A stretch of 53,457 nucleotides of DNA, filler included, from Squatina squatina (taxonomy: Eukaryota), in NCBI GenBank assembly GCA_031763465.1. It is 3 parts of 3 records of this genome, joined end to end, with 100 filler letters (N's around TTAATTAATTAA, not from the genome) between each part and the next. Parts side by side here need not be neighbours in the genome. Positions count along the whole stretch, not along the records: positions 1 to 13,625 come from JARFOE010000007.1; 2 more parts are not named here. One strand, 5' to 3'. The notes beneath the pieces were generated by a model that ran no database searches, was not told where the DNA came from, and saw only the letters and a list, made by a program, of their open reading frames with translations. Below are positions 1 through 12,502 of the stretch, piece after piece. The translations under genes and the position numbers were made by a program. Numbering within the stretch: position 1 is the stretch's first letter; every line of letters begins with the position of its first letter.

Positions 1-592
1 ATTGATTCCTGTTGAACTCAATGACATCCATCTGGAAATTGACCCAGTAATACATCATCCAGAGAGCCAACATGGCATGCTCATCAACCTATATATTTAC
101 TGGTATAAGTACCTTGATTTTCCTTTATTTAGTGCCTGCTTTGGGGTACAAAACTGAAAAAAATGGGGCAATAATGGTTACTGCCTCAAAGTGACTTCTC
201 TAAAACCCGTCATTTCTCTTTATGGTCTGTTGGCATTAAAATGGGGTCAAGTGCTCATGGCGAACCGACACCCCAACTCACCCTAAATTATTGCCACCAC
301 AATGAAAGTGATGGTAGGGGCTGCATTTAATTGCCACAGTTGAAGGTCAGATCCACTTTTATCTGCATATTGAATTTTGTTCTGGAGGATCTATCATGAT
401 TTAACCTCTCTGTTCAGTCAGCTCAATAGAAAGTACAGTTTTTGACTGGGGATACAGATTTCCCAATGCGAATCTCTATTCCTATGTCGTGGAGGAGGAT
501 GATGAGGTGCGAGAAGAGGCTGATTGGAGGCTATTGGAGTGAGCTATCACAGAAGGTGTCTCAGATAGATAGCACTCACTAGGTTTTACAGA

Positions 593-1200
593 TCAAAAAG
601 AATCATAACATTGTCGAATTTTACAGCACAGAAGGAGGCCTTTCGGGCTGACATGCCTGTGTTGGCTCTTTAAAAGCTGTCCAATTTTGATCCACACCCC
701 AGCTTTTTTCTCATAACCCTGCAAATTAGTCCTCTTCAAGTCTATGTTTAATTGTCTTTTAAAAGTTCCGATGGCATCTGATTCCACCAGGTTGTGCATT
801 CCAGATCTTAACAACCCACTGTGTGAAGAAATTTCTCCTCAGTTCCCCTCTAGTTCTTTTGTCAATTATTTTAAATCTATGACCACTGGTTACTGACCCA
901 CTTGCCCGAGGAAGCCATTTCTCCCTACTTGCTATATCAAAACCCCTCTGAATTGTGAATACCTCTATTAGATGTCTGCTCCAAGGAGAACAATCCCAGC
1001 TTCTCCAATCTCTCCACATAACTGAAGACCCTTATCCCTTGTGTCATCCTGGTGTTTTTATATTCAATGCTCCTATTAATAAAGCCAAGTATCCCATACA
1101 CTTTCTTAACTGCCTTATCAACTTACCCTACCACCATCAAAGATTTGCGAATATGTAACCCCAGGTCTCTCAGCTCTTGCACTCCCCTCAAAATAGTACC
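593..1200 (-). mobile_element. CR1-like LINE 3' fragment
   Basis: Translation includes RGELRRNFFTQWVVKIWN; CR1-type 3' end. Confidence 0.8.
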
Positions 1201-1299
1201 ATTTCAATGCTATGCAATTTGCAGAGGAGGGCCAGCAATAAAGGACTGCTTATGATGCAAGGAGGCACACAAGGGATAATATGAGACCCGATCAGTATG

Positions 1300-1520
1300 C
1301 AATATATTGAGCCTACCAAATCCAAATACAGCAACCTGGGAATGACTGACGAGCAGTGCATTAGGGGCCTGAGGGCAAGCATGGAGTCTGTGATAGAGTG
1401 CCACTTTCTGAAGGAAAACCTCTGACAGGATCAACCATGCATATCAGTGACCATTAAAGTCACCATAACCCTCAATTTTTATGTGTCATGTTCTTTCCAG
1501 GCTCTCTGGTAATGTCTGTG
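1300..1520 (+). mobile_element. Decayed Harbinger (HARBI1-like) transposase N-terminal fragment
   Basis: YSNLGMTDEQCIRGLR (from 1327) and VTIKVTITLNFYVSCSFQ (from 1447) resemble the recalled Harbinger motifs MSERQCRRRLR and VKVTVALNFYASGSFQ. Truncated by a CR1 copy at ~1530. Confidence 0.6.
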
Positions 1521-1529
1521 TGTAAATCA

Positions 1530-2360
1530 TAGGATCATAAAATGATACAGCACAGGAGGCCATTCAGCCCATCACATCCGGTGAGTCGCACTCCCCTGCA
1601 CTTTCCCCATAGTCATTTATATTTTTTCCCTTCAGGTGTTTATCCAATTACATTTTGAAAGTTAGAATTGAATCTCCTTCCACCATACATTCATACTGCC
1701 AACTTGTCCTGACGCATTCAAAGACTTGTGTACGTACAACCCCAGGTCTCTGTTCCTGCATCCTCTATAAAATTGTACCATTGGGATGATATTATTTCTT
1801 CTCGTTCTTCCCACCAAAATGAATCACTTCACACTTCTCTGCATTAAATTTCATCTACCATGTGTCTGCCCATTTCACCAGTCTATATCCTCCTGAAGTC
1901 TGTTCCTTGCCTCCTCATTGTTTACTTCATTTCTGAGTTTTGTGTCATCTGCAAACTTTGAAAGAATGCCCTGTATACCCAAGTCCAGGTCATTACTATA
2001 TATCAAAAAGAGCAGTGGTCCCAATACCGACCCCTGGGAACACCACTCTATACTACTTCCAGTCTGATAAACAATCGTTCACCACTACTCTCTGCTTTCT
2101 GTCTCTCATCCAATTTCGTACCCACGCTACCACTGCCCCTTTAATATTCCCAGCAAGTCTATTATGTGGCATTTTATCAAATGCCTTGTAAAGTCCATTT
2201 ATACAACATCAACCACACTACCCTCAACAACCCTCTCCGTTACTTCATCAAAGAACTCCGTCAAGTTTGTCGGACACGATTTGCCTTTAACAAATCCGTG
2301 CTGGCTGTCAATTTATCCCACGTTTTCCTGAGTGACAATTAATTTTGTCCTGGATTATTA
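1530..2360 (-). mobile_element. CR1-like LINE fragment (RT region plus 3' end, internally deleted)
   Basis: The reverse complement contains a KFADDTK RT motif (tgtgtcatctgcaaacttt, ~1941-1959) and GVPQGSVLGP (~2018-2043). Confidence 0.8.
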
Positions 2361-2364
2361 CAAC

Positions 2365-3100
2365 ATTAGCGAGAGGATATAGGTAAGGGAAAGCAATCAG
2401 CAGAGACCCCGGGTAGAACTGAGGAATGAGAAGTAATTCTGTAATGGGAGCTGTCTACAGGCCTCCTGATAACAGCAGAATGTCTGAATTCAGAGATTGG
2501 AGAGGCTTGCAGCAGAAGCAGAGTTGGTTAATGGGAGATTTTCATTTTCATAGATTGGGAAGAGGAAGAGCAGAAAGATAGTGAACTTCTTGAGTGTATT
2601 CGAGAGATTTCTGGAGCAACATGTTCTCGAACCAATGACCGGGCAGGCCACCCTCGAGTTAGTCATGAGCCAGACATAGATAATCGAACAGTGAGAGAAT
2701 GTTAGTCTAACAGTGATCAGAATACAATCAAATTCAATGTTGGGTTTGAAAAGGAGAAATGTTAACAGTTACTGAGATTCTAGATTTTAATACGGCTAAC
2801 TTTAACGGGATTGACGATAACTGGTCAAACTGTTATTGGGTAAAACTACAGATGAACAGTGGGAGATGTTCAAGTCAGAATTTAACTTGATACAGACCCA
2901 GTATATACCCCGAATGGACAAGAGCTCTCGTTATTGAAACAACAGCCATGGTGGACAAGAGGTGAGATAACAAAACTGAAGGAAAGAACATACAAAAGTG
3001 TAAAGAATAATGTGGATTCAGGGGATTGGGAGAGAGATAAAGAACAGCAAAGGAAGACACAGAAGATAGTAAGACTGCAAACAGGAATATGAAAAGAACC
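2365..3100 (+). mobile_element. Degenerate CR1-like ORF2 endonuclease/tether region
   Basis: Broken frames resembling MGDF, FLEQHVLEP, ATLELV and LSNSDQNTIKF of CR1 ORF2. Confidence 0.65.
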
Positions 3101-3247
3101 TTTCTAACCTACAACGTGCTCTGGTCAGACTGCCCATCACATCACAGACTCTAATCTAATTCAATCTCAGGCACGGCTTTGGTGTAGTTACTTCCCAATG
3201 ATCAGCGACGGTGGTTATTTATTGATCTCCTCATTCTTCCCCCACAG

Positions 3248-4118
3248 ACGGGACGTTCCGAGTGACTCCAGGATCTCCAGAGGAGGGAACAAACCTCGGT
3301 TTGATTGTTGGAATTGTGATTGCTGCCGTCGCCCTGATTGCTGTTATCATCGGTGTCGTTGTGTGGAAGAGGAGAGGTAGGAAATGAGGCCAGGGTCTCG
3401 CGCTCTCGGGTATGAGCAGCTTTAAATGTTACAGCACAAGCGTCAGAATGTTCGAGACTTCCCCAACACACAGGGCAAACTCGCACACAGTCCAGTGATG
3501 TACAAGGAGCGGGAGGAGTCGGGACTGGGGAGGAGCCGGGGGCCCCGGTCAGGGAACAAGGGGGACTGGGGGCAGTGAGCGGACTGAGCTGAATGGGGAC
3601 AAGCAGGATGGAGTAAAGGGAGGATATTGTGTGATGCCTTTTTCTTGGGTGAGGAGTGGAGCCTCCTGTGAGTGTGTGTGGGGTGGCGGTGGTGTAACTG
3701 AAGTTCCCCCTGTGTTTATGTGGGCGAGGGGGTGTTTTGGCAGGGGAGGTGTCTATAACTGAAGTTCTGTCCATTTCTGTCTCGTAGGAGGGGAGAAGAA
3801 ATCTGGTTACAGCCCAGCAAACCGTAAGTGTGCAAATAATACAAGGATTTGTGTCTGTGTTCCCGTCTGTCACCCTCTGTGTCTGTCTCTCCATCTACAT
3901 CTCTGTCACGCTCTCTCTCTATCTCTTTTTTTCTCTGGGTGTGACTGCCTTCTTGTCTGTCTGTCTGTCTCTTTCTCGGTCTGTCTTGCCCTCTGTGTGT
4001 GTCTCTCTCGCTGTACAGGACATTCACTCATGTTCTAAAATGGCTGTTTGACAAATCTTTTCTTTCTACAGCTGCTGAAAAAGGAGAATCGTCCTCAAAC
4101 TCATCAGCCCAGGCTTGA
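3248..4118 (+). CDS. MHC class I heavy chain, 3' coding exons: connecting peptide/TM 3248-3376, cytoplasmic 3788-3823, cytoplasmic+stop 4072-4118 (partial; alpha1-3 exons not in window)
   Basis: Three exons with canonical acceptors (cccacag, ctcgtag, ctacag) and donors (gtagga, gtaagt), all phase 1. They splice to (D)GTFRVTPGSPEEGTN-LGLIVGIVIAAVALIAVIIGVVVW-KRR-GGEKKSGYSPANP-AEKGESSSNSSAQA*. A hydrophobic TM, basic stop-transfer, YxxA cytoplasmic exon and Ser-rich ESSSNSSA tail match the class I architecture as recalled for shark UAA-like genes. Not in the ORF track because it is spliced. Confidence 0.85.
3840..4010. repeat. (TG/TC)-rich low-complexity tract in the MHC class I intron
   Basis: Runs of tgtc/tctc/tgtg. 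Confidence 0.75.
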
Positions 4119-4169
4119 GGTATGAAGTCAATCACTGGAGTTTAACAGCAGCTGAACTCTCTCTAAACC

Positions 4170-4440
4170 AGGTTCACCCGTCACCCCTGTGCTCTGACCT
4201 ACTCTGGCTCCTGGTCCGAGCACGCCTCGATTTTGAAAATTCTCATCCTTGATTTCAATTCCCTACATGGCCTCGCCCCTCCCTATCTCTGTGACCTCCT
4301 TAAAACCTACCTCTTTGACCCAGCTTTTGGTCATCTGTCCTCGTATCTCGGTGTTAAATGTTTTTTTTGAAATCGCTCCTGTGAAGCACCTTGGGACGAT
4401 TTGCTACGTTAAAGGCGCTATATAAATGCAAGTTGTTGTT
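4170..4440 (+). mobile_element. L2-like LINE 3' end
   Basis: Ends acgttaaaggcgctatataaatgcaagttgttgtt, the same tail as the copies at ~20080 and ~25000. Confidence 0.75.
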
Positions 4441-5210
4441 CATTTCTAGAGGTATAGAATTGAAAAGTAGAGAGGTTATGCTGTACTTGTATCAAACCTT
4501 GGTTTAGACCACACGTGGAGATTCTGGTCAGCATTGTAAAAAGGATATTGGATATAGAGGCACTGGAGAGGCTGCAAAAAACAAATGATTAGAATGATAC
4601 CAGAACTGCGAGGGTCCACCGATCAGGAAAGAATGAACAGGCTGGCTCTCCTTTCTCTTGAAAAGAGAAGGCTGAGGGGTGACCTAATAGAGGTTTTTAC
4701 TCTGATCAAAACCTTTCATAGAATCATAGAAATCTACAGCAAGGAAGTAGGCCATTCGGCCCATCGTGTCTGTGCCAGACGACAAAGAGCGATCCAGCCT
4801 AATCCCATTTTCCAGCATTTGGTCCGTAGCCTTGTAGGTTACGACACTTCAAGTGCATATCCAAGCACTTTTTAAATGCTCTGAGAGTTTCTGCCTCTAC
4901 CACCCTTTTAGGCAGTGAGTTCAGACCTGCACCACCCTCTGGGTGAAAACATTTCTCCTCAACTCCCCTCGAAACCACCTACCAGTTACTTTAAATCTAT
5001 GCTCCCTGGCTATTGACCACCCCCGCCCCCCTCTTTCCTATTCACTCTATCTAGACCCCTCATAATTTTATACACCTCAATTAGGTCTCCGCTCAGCCTC
5101 CTCTGTTCCAAAGAAAACAACCCCAGCCTATCCAATCTTTCCTCATAACTAAGCTTCTCCAGTCCTGGTAACATCCTCGTAAATCTCCTCTGTACCCTCT
5201 CTAGTGCATC
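4441..5210. mobile_element. Two adjacent CR1-like fragments (+ strand 4441-4715; - strand 4718-5210)
   Basis: LEKRRLRGDLIEVF on the + strand; the same region plus 3' tail on the - strand. Confidence 0.8.
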
Positions 5211-5289
5211 TGAAAGAGAAAGACGCGTTAATGTTTCTTGGGATGCCCTTCACCAGGGCTAATATCACAGAGGCGTTAATTTTATAATT

Positions 5290-5460
5290 TCAGTCCAAGT
5301 CACGCTCTGCGATCTCCCATTTTCAATGCTGCATTTTTTCAGTGTTGGAGCCGCTCTGTTCATATGGGGATTATCAGTTGTACTAATGCAAATTGAACCA
5401 GCCAGAAGTTCTGCCGTACATTAGCTGTTGTGTTGGAATACCCTTGGAATCGCTGCTCAG
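5290..5460 (-). mobile_element. Possible old RTE-clade LINE C-terminal relic
   Basis: Frameshifted IPTQQLMYG/ELLAG...LKKCSI resembles the recalled RTE motif IPKQLLYGEL..G...LKKC.I. Confidence 0.4.
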
Positions 5461-8344
5461 ACAGTTTTAAAGGTTTGTACTATAACTGACAAGGCCCATT
5501 AAAAGTCCTGAAGCACCTGTATTGTTGCCATTTGTAAATGGATAACTGGGTTTGTGGTCCAATTTTATTTAATAACCTTTAAGATGGTCACAACATTTCT
5601 CCTTCTATCAACTCCTATAAGTTTAAAAAACATGATAATACCACACAAAACATTAAATATGCTTTAATAGCAGGCTGTGTAAATTTCATTTTTGGGAGGG
5701 TGTTTAATCATCATGTAAAATACAGAGGAGACACGATATCATTTAAGGTGGTATTTATCATTTATTCTTTACTAATGCAAACATCAAAGAGGGGAAAAAA
5801 TGACTGAGTACACTATGCTGATCTATGATAATAGCAATGTGTCATGCAAATGAGTGAGATGACATATCAGAGGTACTTGTGTATCTTAATAATTCATATG
5901 TGATACACTGAGTAAGGGACTTGCTACCATCCATCAGTGACAGGACAGAAAATGATTTAACTAAAAAAATCAGCTGGAAAGGCTTCAGTGACCACTTGGA
6001 GCACAGTGAATAATGAAAACCAACAGATCCAAAGCTAATATGTTACTGGAGACAGTAGAACAGAAAGGGACTACCAGGGAAATGATGTCCCTTTAGCCAA
6101 AGTACAAATACAATGCTAATCAGTCCCAAGCACAAGAGGCTGGCTGAGTTGTTAATCACATTTGTTTAGCTTTAGTCAGACAGTGGCTGCCAATGACCTG
6201 AATGCTCCACAAATGTTGCCTGCTTATGAATCAATCATGGTGGGTTAACTACCCAATTCCCAGTCCAGATGACCACTTTCAAAGCTACGTATTGNNNNNN
6301 NNNNNNNNNNNNNNNNNNNNNNNNNNNNNNNNNNNNNNNNNNNNNNNNNNNNNNNNNNNNNNNNNNNNNNNNNNNNNNNNNNNNNNNNNNNNNNTGTAGT
6401 TGGACACCCTGCACTCTATCTGCAATGTGTAATTTGATCCAGTCAGTGTCAGTCAGGCTGGAGACAGGCAGTGCAGTCTTCAAGCTCTGTGCAGAGACCA
6501 TAAGACCATAACCATAAGACCATAAGACCATAAGAAGTAGGAGCAGGAGTAGGCCATTTGGATTAAAAGATGATGGTGGTATGACACCATAGCTGCATGT
6601 ACATTGCCAGTGTCAGTATCACACTGGTATGAAACTCCGGGTTTGAGAGATGAGGTTTTGAACCTGTAAACACCAATGTTAAGAGTTCACGCTGTCAAAC
6701 TCTCACTGAAGTTGGACCCGTACCGAATACACAGGTGACCGGATCCAAGAATCAAGAGGTCACCGGTTGCTCGGTCAATGAGATTAACCTGAAATTGACA
6801 GCTTGTCTGCTCGGAAGAGGACACTGCAGCTTTTAACAAGTCTCATCAAGTTAGTGAAAGTTAGTGTCAAAGCATTTTTGTACCGATGCACAGGCAAATT
6901 CATAAAGAGCCACAGAATGGCTGGATACTCTAATATTTTTTTTTGCCTTTAAGCAAGATATGAGATCTGAATGAAATCTCTGGAATTGCTTAGTCGCTTG
7001 TCTCTCTACGCTCACCAGGAGTTAAACATAGAGCTGCCAGTGTCTACTTTCAGAAACATGTTTCTATCTGTACTGGGTGCACATTATCTGCCACATAGCC
7101 TTGGCATTACGGTGAACTCAACACACGGTGGCTCCGAGCGATGTGCAGGTATGTAGCACGGTGTTGGAGATAAGATTAGCTGTTNNNNNNNNNNNNNNNN
7201 NNNNNNNNNNNNNNNNNNNNNNNNNNNNNNNNNNNNNNNNNNNNNNNNNNNNNNNNNNNNNNNNNNNNNNNNNNNNNNNNNNNNNNNNNNNNNNNNNNNN
7301 NNNNNNNNNNNNNNNNNNNNNNNNNNNNNNNNNNNNNNNNNNNNNNNNNNNNNNNNNNNNNNNNNNNNNNNNNNNNNNNNNNNNNNNNNNNNNNNNNNNN
7401 NNNNNNNNNNNNNNNNNNNNNNNNNNNNNNNNNNNNNNNNNNNNNNNNNNNNNNNNNNNNNNNNNNNNNNNNNNNNNNNNNNNNNNNNNNNNNNNNNNNN
7501 NNNNNNNNNNNNNNNNNNNNNNNNNNNNNNNNNNNNNNNNNNNNNNNNNNNNNNNNNNNNNNNNNNNNNNNNNNNNNNNNNNNNNNNNNNNNNNNNNNNN
7601 NNNNNNNNNNNNNNNNNNNNNNNNNNNNNNNNNNNNNNNNNNNNNNNNNNNNNNNNNNNNNNNNNNNNNNNNNNNNNNNNNNNNNNNNNNNNNNNNNNNN
7701 NNNNNNNNNNNNNNNNNNNNNNNNNNNNNNNNNNNNNNNNNNNNNNNNNNNNNNNNNNNNNNNNNNNNNNNNNNNNNNNNNNNNNNNNNNNNNNNNNNNN
7801 NNNNNNNNNNNNNNNNNNNNNNNNNNNNNNNNNNNNNNNNNNNNNNNNNNNNNNNNNNNNNNNNNNNNNNNNNNNNNNNNNNNNNNNNNNNNNNNNNNNN
7901 NNNNNNNNNNNNNNNNNNNNNNNNNNNNNNNNNNNNNNNNNNNNNNNNNNNNNNNNNNNNNNNNNNNNNNNNNNNNNNNNNNNNNNNNNNNNNNNNNNNN
8001 NNNNNNNNNNNNNNNNNNNNNNNNNNNNNNNNNNNNNNNAAGAAGGACTTTATAAAAAAAAACACACACACACACACACATTCGTTGACAAAGTGAGAGC
8101 AGAATAAAACACGGCAATTTTCAGAAGTTTCAACTTCACGTAATCTCCTAAAGGACAGCTTAGTGCTGACAACACATGACTTAATAACCCATTGCTTCAT
8201 AGAAGTCCCCACTTTGAATTAAAGACTCTTGACCTTTGCCCATTTAACAATTGCCCTGGCTCTTTTGCAGCATATTAACAAGCCTTTTGAAGAACTAAAA
8301 TTGGTATATCTGAACTGAAGCAGCGCAACCAGTTAACAGGATTG

Positions 8345-8410
8345 TCAGAGCAATTTATCACTTTGTGCCAACACCCAGTGTTGTTTCAGAATTCTTTTTA
8401 CATTATCCCA
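8345..8410 (-). mobile_element. Possible Penelope-like element relic
   Basis: WDNVKRILKQHWVLAQSDKLL resembles the ILxKHWxxLQSD segment between the RT and GIY-YIG domains of Penelope/Neptune elements. Short and flanked by stops. Confidence 0.3.
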
Positions 8411-8924
8411 CTAGCCTGTCCTGCACAAGGTAAATCCTGTCCTATTGATGCCCTGATGGTTGCTGATGCTTGACCATCAGACTCAGCTTTCATGTCCAAC
8501 TTCTGCTGTAAAGCAATCTTAAAATCTTTAGGGGCTATTCTGTCAAATAATGATAACCAGATCACAATTCAATATTGTTTCCTAAATAAACCTTGTAAAG
8601 TTGTATGTGTTTTGTTATTTCACCTGTCGTAGTGACCTTCCGAAGCATTCATTATCAAGTAACCAAACACTGTAACATTGATCCCTCAGATGGCATAGCT
8701 GTTAATTCTATCTGACAGTTTGTAAAACAAAATCCACTGCTCTTGCTGTGTCCTGACACCAGAGGATGAGTACAGCCTTACCACAACATGCAAATAGTAT
8801 TTCACTTTGCAATGTTTTCTCAGGNNNNNNNNNNNNNNNNNNNNNNNNNNNNNNNNNNNNNNNNNNNNNNNNNNNNNNNNNNNNNNNNNNNNNNNNNNNN
8901 NNNNNNNNNNNNNNNNNNNNNNNN

Positions 8925-10700
8925 GGTCTTGCTGCATGTGGGGATGGACTGCTTCATTTTCTGAGGAGTTATAGATGAGGACCAGGATTTTAAGTGTAAT
9001 GCATTGGTGGACCAGGAGCCAGTGTAGGAAAGCAAGACCTTGTGCGGGATAGAGTACATGCGGCAGAGTTTTTGACAAGTTAAAATTTGGTGGAGAACTG
9101 CAGATTGGCAAGTGGAGTAGTCGAGTCGGGAGGTGGCAAAGGATTTCCGTGGCAGANNNNNNNNNNAAATAAAATGTCGAGATAACGAACAGTTTGCTTC
9201 AGCCTGACGGAGTGATTAGGGAGGAGGATGGAATTATTTGCGAGAAAGTGGAGATTGTGGTGAGGACTGAAGATGATAGCTGTGGTCTTTTGAGCTAATG
9301 GAAGTTGTGACTCATTCAAGATTGAATGTTGGAAGTCTGACGCCACAGAGGCGATTGAGAACGTTAGAGCTGAGTATCATCAGCATACATATGAAAATTG
9401 ACCCCATGCCTGTAGGTAATGTCACCGGGGCAGTATGTAGATGGGGAAAGGGCCCGGTGATGGAAATGCACTGGCTGCATTTAGATACGTAAGGTTAGAA
9501 CCATGCAAGGACAGTACCATGTGGGGCAATGGAGGATAGCTGTTGAAGGATGGCATGGTGAAATGTATCAAACGCTGTAGGAATAAAGTTACAGAGGATA
9601 TAATTTGCGACTGCAGCCACAGCCATTTCAGTACGGAGAAGGCTGAAAGCCAGATTGATAGGATTTGAAGACCATTTCAGAAGAGGTCATCACAGACCTG
9701 GGAGGTGACAACACATTTGAGGACTTCAGAGAGGAAAATGGGGATGGGGATAGGGATAGCTGGAGAAGACAATTTTGGTCAAGCATGTTTTTTTTAAGAA
9801 GAGGCTGATGATAACAGTTTTGAAGGCGAGAATGATAGTGAAGCAAGGTATGGTAATGCTAGGCGTGGTCAAGCAAATTAGTGACTGGCTAGCTGTACAT
9901 CAAATATGCATCTCTCAGTTGAAGAAGGAAAAATGGGGGGCTCTACAGAAGCAGCGACAGGGCTAGAAGACAATGACTGATTTGCTGGAATCTAGGACAT
10001 CAAAGGGAGAGGTTAAATAGGTCAACAGTGGTGAGTCAGATTATGAGGGATCAAGGGAGAGTTTTTCCATGGGCAGATGGTGAGGAAAGTGGGATGGGAG
10101 GGGTTAAGCGGTATCGGTGGTACAGGAAGCAAAGAAGTGGTCAGAGATTACTTTGACAGTGATTGGGAGCTTGGATGAAAACAGCCTGCGCGAGATGAAA
10201 AGGTCAAGGGTACGCATTGAGGAGTTATATGAAGAGTGAGATTAAGGGAGGACAGGAAGGTGTTGAAGTTGGAGAAGAGCATATGGGAGCTGATGTGTAA
10301 GTAGAACTCCCTGATGATGAGGAGACACTCAGCGCAGATGCTGCGGTAGAACCGAAGAGAGGGACATCTCATTAAGGAAGCCAAAGTGGGTCTTGGAATG
10401 ATGAGAATTTGCAAAGAAATGTGAAAGATAGAAGAGGGTAAGGTCATCAAAGAAAGAAAAGTGCTGGAGGAGAAGGGGTCACAACCAAGGTGAGTCTTGG
10501 ACCACTGCTATCGCTGTCTGGGCAGGGTTGGTGGTGGAAAGTGTAGCCAAGCAGGAGATCTCCAAGGGGGAAGAAGTGGCCACCCAGGAGCCATACTTTT
10601 CTTAAATCAGTATTAGGATGTCAACAGAATTATCCATGATGAGGTTGTGAATGGTAAGGGCCTTAATCACAAACAAGCAAAGCCTGGAGAGATATATGGG
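8925..10700 (-). mobile_element. Degenerate L2-like LINE ORF2
   Basis: The reverse complement gives LHWLLVHQCITLKIL, HMYADDTQL (~9370-9395), YQSGFQP and an endonuclease-like region near 10200-10650. Confidence 0.75.
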
Positions 10701-11039
10701 AAAGGTGTTGATTTGTTGATTTATCAGCAAGATCAAAGGGGCAGCAGTAGAAGAGGTGAGCGAGATGGGGTAGAGGCTGGAGCAGCTAACGCCTGAAGAA
10801 GCGTGCAGTGTGAGTTGAGCACTGGGAGTGGAAAATGAGGCTCCGGAAGAGCCAGTGACAGTTTCCACAGTGGGTCCAGTGAACAATGCCAGAAAAAGAA
10901 GTAATTGGCTCATTCAAGAAAGATTCAGCAGAGGTTGATCCAAGGGTCTCGAGGACCTGAGAATAATTCACAGGACCAGCAGAGGAACCTAATGTGGAGG
11001 AGTGGATTAATCCAGGACTGTGTGAACTTCAGGTCATTA

Positions 11040-11478
11040 AGAACATAAGAATTAGAAGCAGAAGTAGGCCATATGGCCCCTCAAGCCTGCTCCGCCATTC
11101 AATAAGATCACGGCTGATCTTCAACCTCAACTCCACTTTCCTGCCAGATCTCCATATCCTTTGATTCCCTGGGAGTCCAAAAATCTATCTATCGCAGCCT
11201 TGAACATTCTCAATGACTCAGCAACCACAACCCTTCGGGGTAGAGAATTCCAAGGATTCACATCCTTCCGAGTGAAGACATTTCTCCTCACCTCAGCCTT
11301 AAATGGCCGACTCCTTATCCTGAGGCTGTGACTCCTAGTTCTAGACTCTCCAGCCTGGGGGGAACATACCTCTCAGCATCTACCCTGTCAATCCCCCTCA
11401 GAATCTTATAGGTTTCAATGAGATCACCTCTCATTCTTCTAAATTCCAGAGAGTATAGGCCCAGTCTACTCAATCTTT
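11040..11478 (-). mobile_element. CR1-like LINE 3' end
   Basis: aacataagaa tail, 3' UTR hairpin region and LEFRRMRGDLIET on the reverse complement. Confidence 0.85.
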
Positions 11479-12502
11479 ATGTTTTATTTTATGAAAGGTG
11501 CTATATAAGGATGCGTTGTTCACTCTCACTGGGCTGTATACATTATAAAGCCATTCCTAAGCTGCACAACAGTGCCACAAGTGGCAGGGCAAGCTGGGCC
11601 TTTGTGATATTAATGATGGTAGGATTCCTAGAGATATAAGGAGGTGTGATAACGTGTTTGAGGGCTCACAGGGTGACCGAATGAGTGGCATGAAAATAAA
11701 AGAATCAAAAATCCCATTTCAGAAAAGTGCACCCTGCCTATATCATGTTGATTCTGGTCCCCAGGTACTACGTATTATACTGACAAAAAAATTCTACTGT
11801 GTGACTTAAAAATAAACTACACCTCTATAGGTCTACAAACAATAGCTGTTGGTGCTGACAGGCAATGCCCATTAATATGATGATAAATTTAGCAGAATGC
11901 TAATGTGGAACCTTCCTGAAGATGGCTGTTGCACTTAGCACACAGAACACCCTGTGTAAATGGACACGAGCCAGAATATTTCCCAGCAGATAAAATATGG
12001 AATGAGTCAGTCATGACCATGGCATCAGACAATCAAGCATATCAGAGTAAGGTCAGGCTGCCACATTTAACTGTAATACTTTGAGTATCTGCTTTCCTAG
12101 CCTTGGCCTAGTTTGCCCTTCAGTTTTGGCAGTGAGACAAGTTGTATAATGATATGGCTCTCTGATTTATAGAAAGGCATGCCTCTCCTCTGATATCTTT
12201 ATATACTGAGGGATAGGATCCTCTCCCATATGTTAAAGGAACATTTGCCGCTTTCTGTACATGGTAATATTAAAAATGAAAATCGCAATTACTGTGAGAA
12301 AAACAGTCCTTCAAAAAAAATTCTGAATTGGACTGGAAAGAAATCATGATGATAGTCACCCTTGAAAAGATAAATTCACTATGGGGTATAGGATGATGCT
12401 AACGATGGTTTTGATCAATTTTAATGGGTCTGGATATGTCACACAAAAGGGAAATGGCTTCTTTATGTTGACAGCATCCTGATTTTGCAAAATAAAAGAT
12501 AC

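Noticed and set aside
3202-3894. 230-aa minus-strand ORF
   Set aside because: Antisense to the MHC class I exons and introns; low complexity with no recognisable domain.
7118-8212. ORFs of more than 300 aa
   Set aside because: Almost entirely N-run translation.
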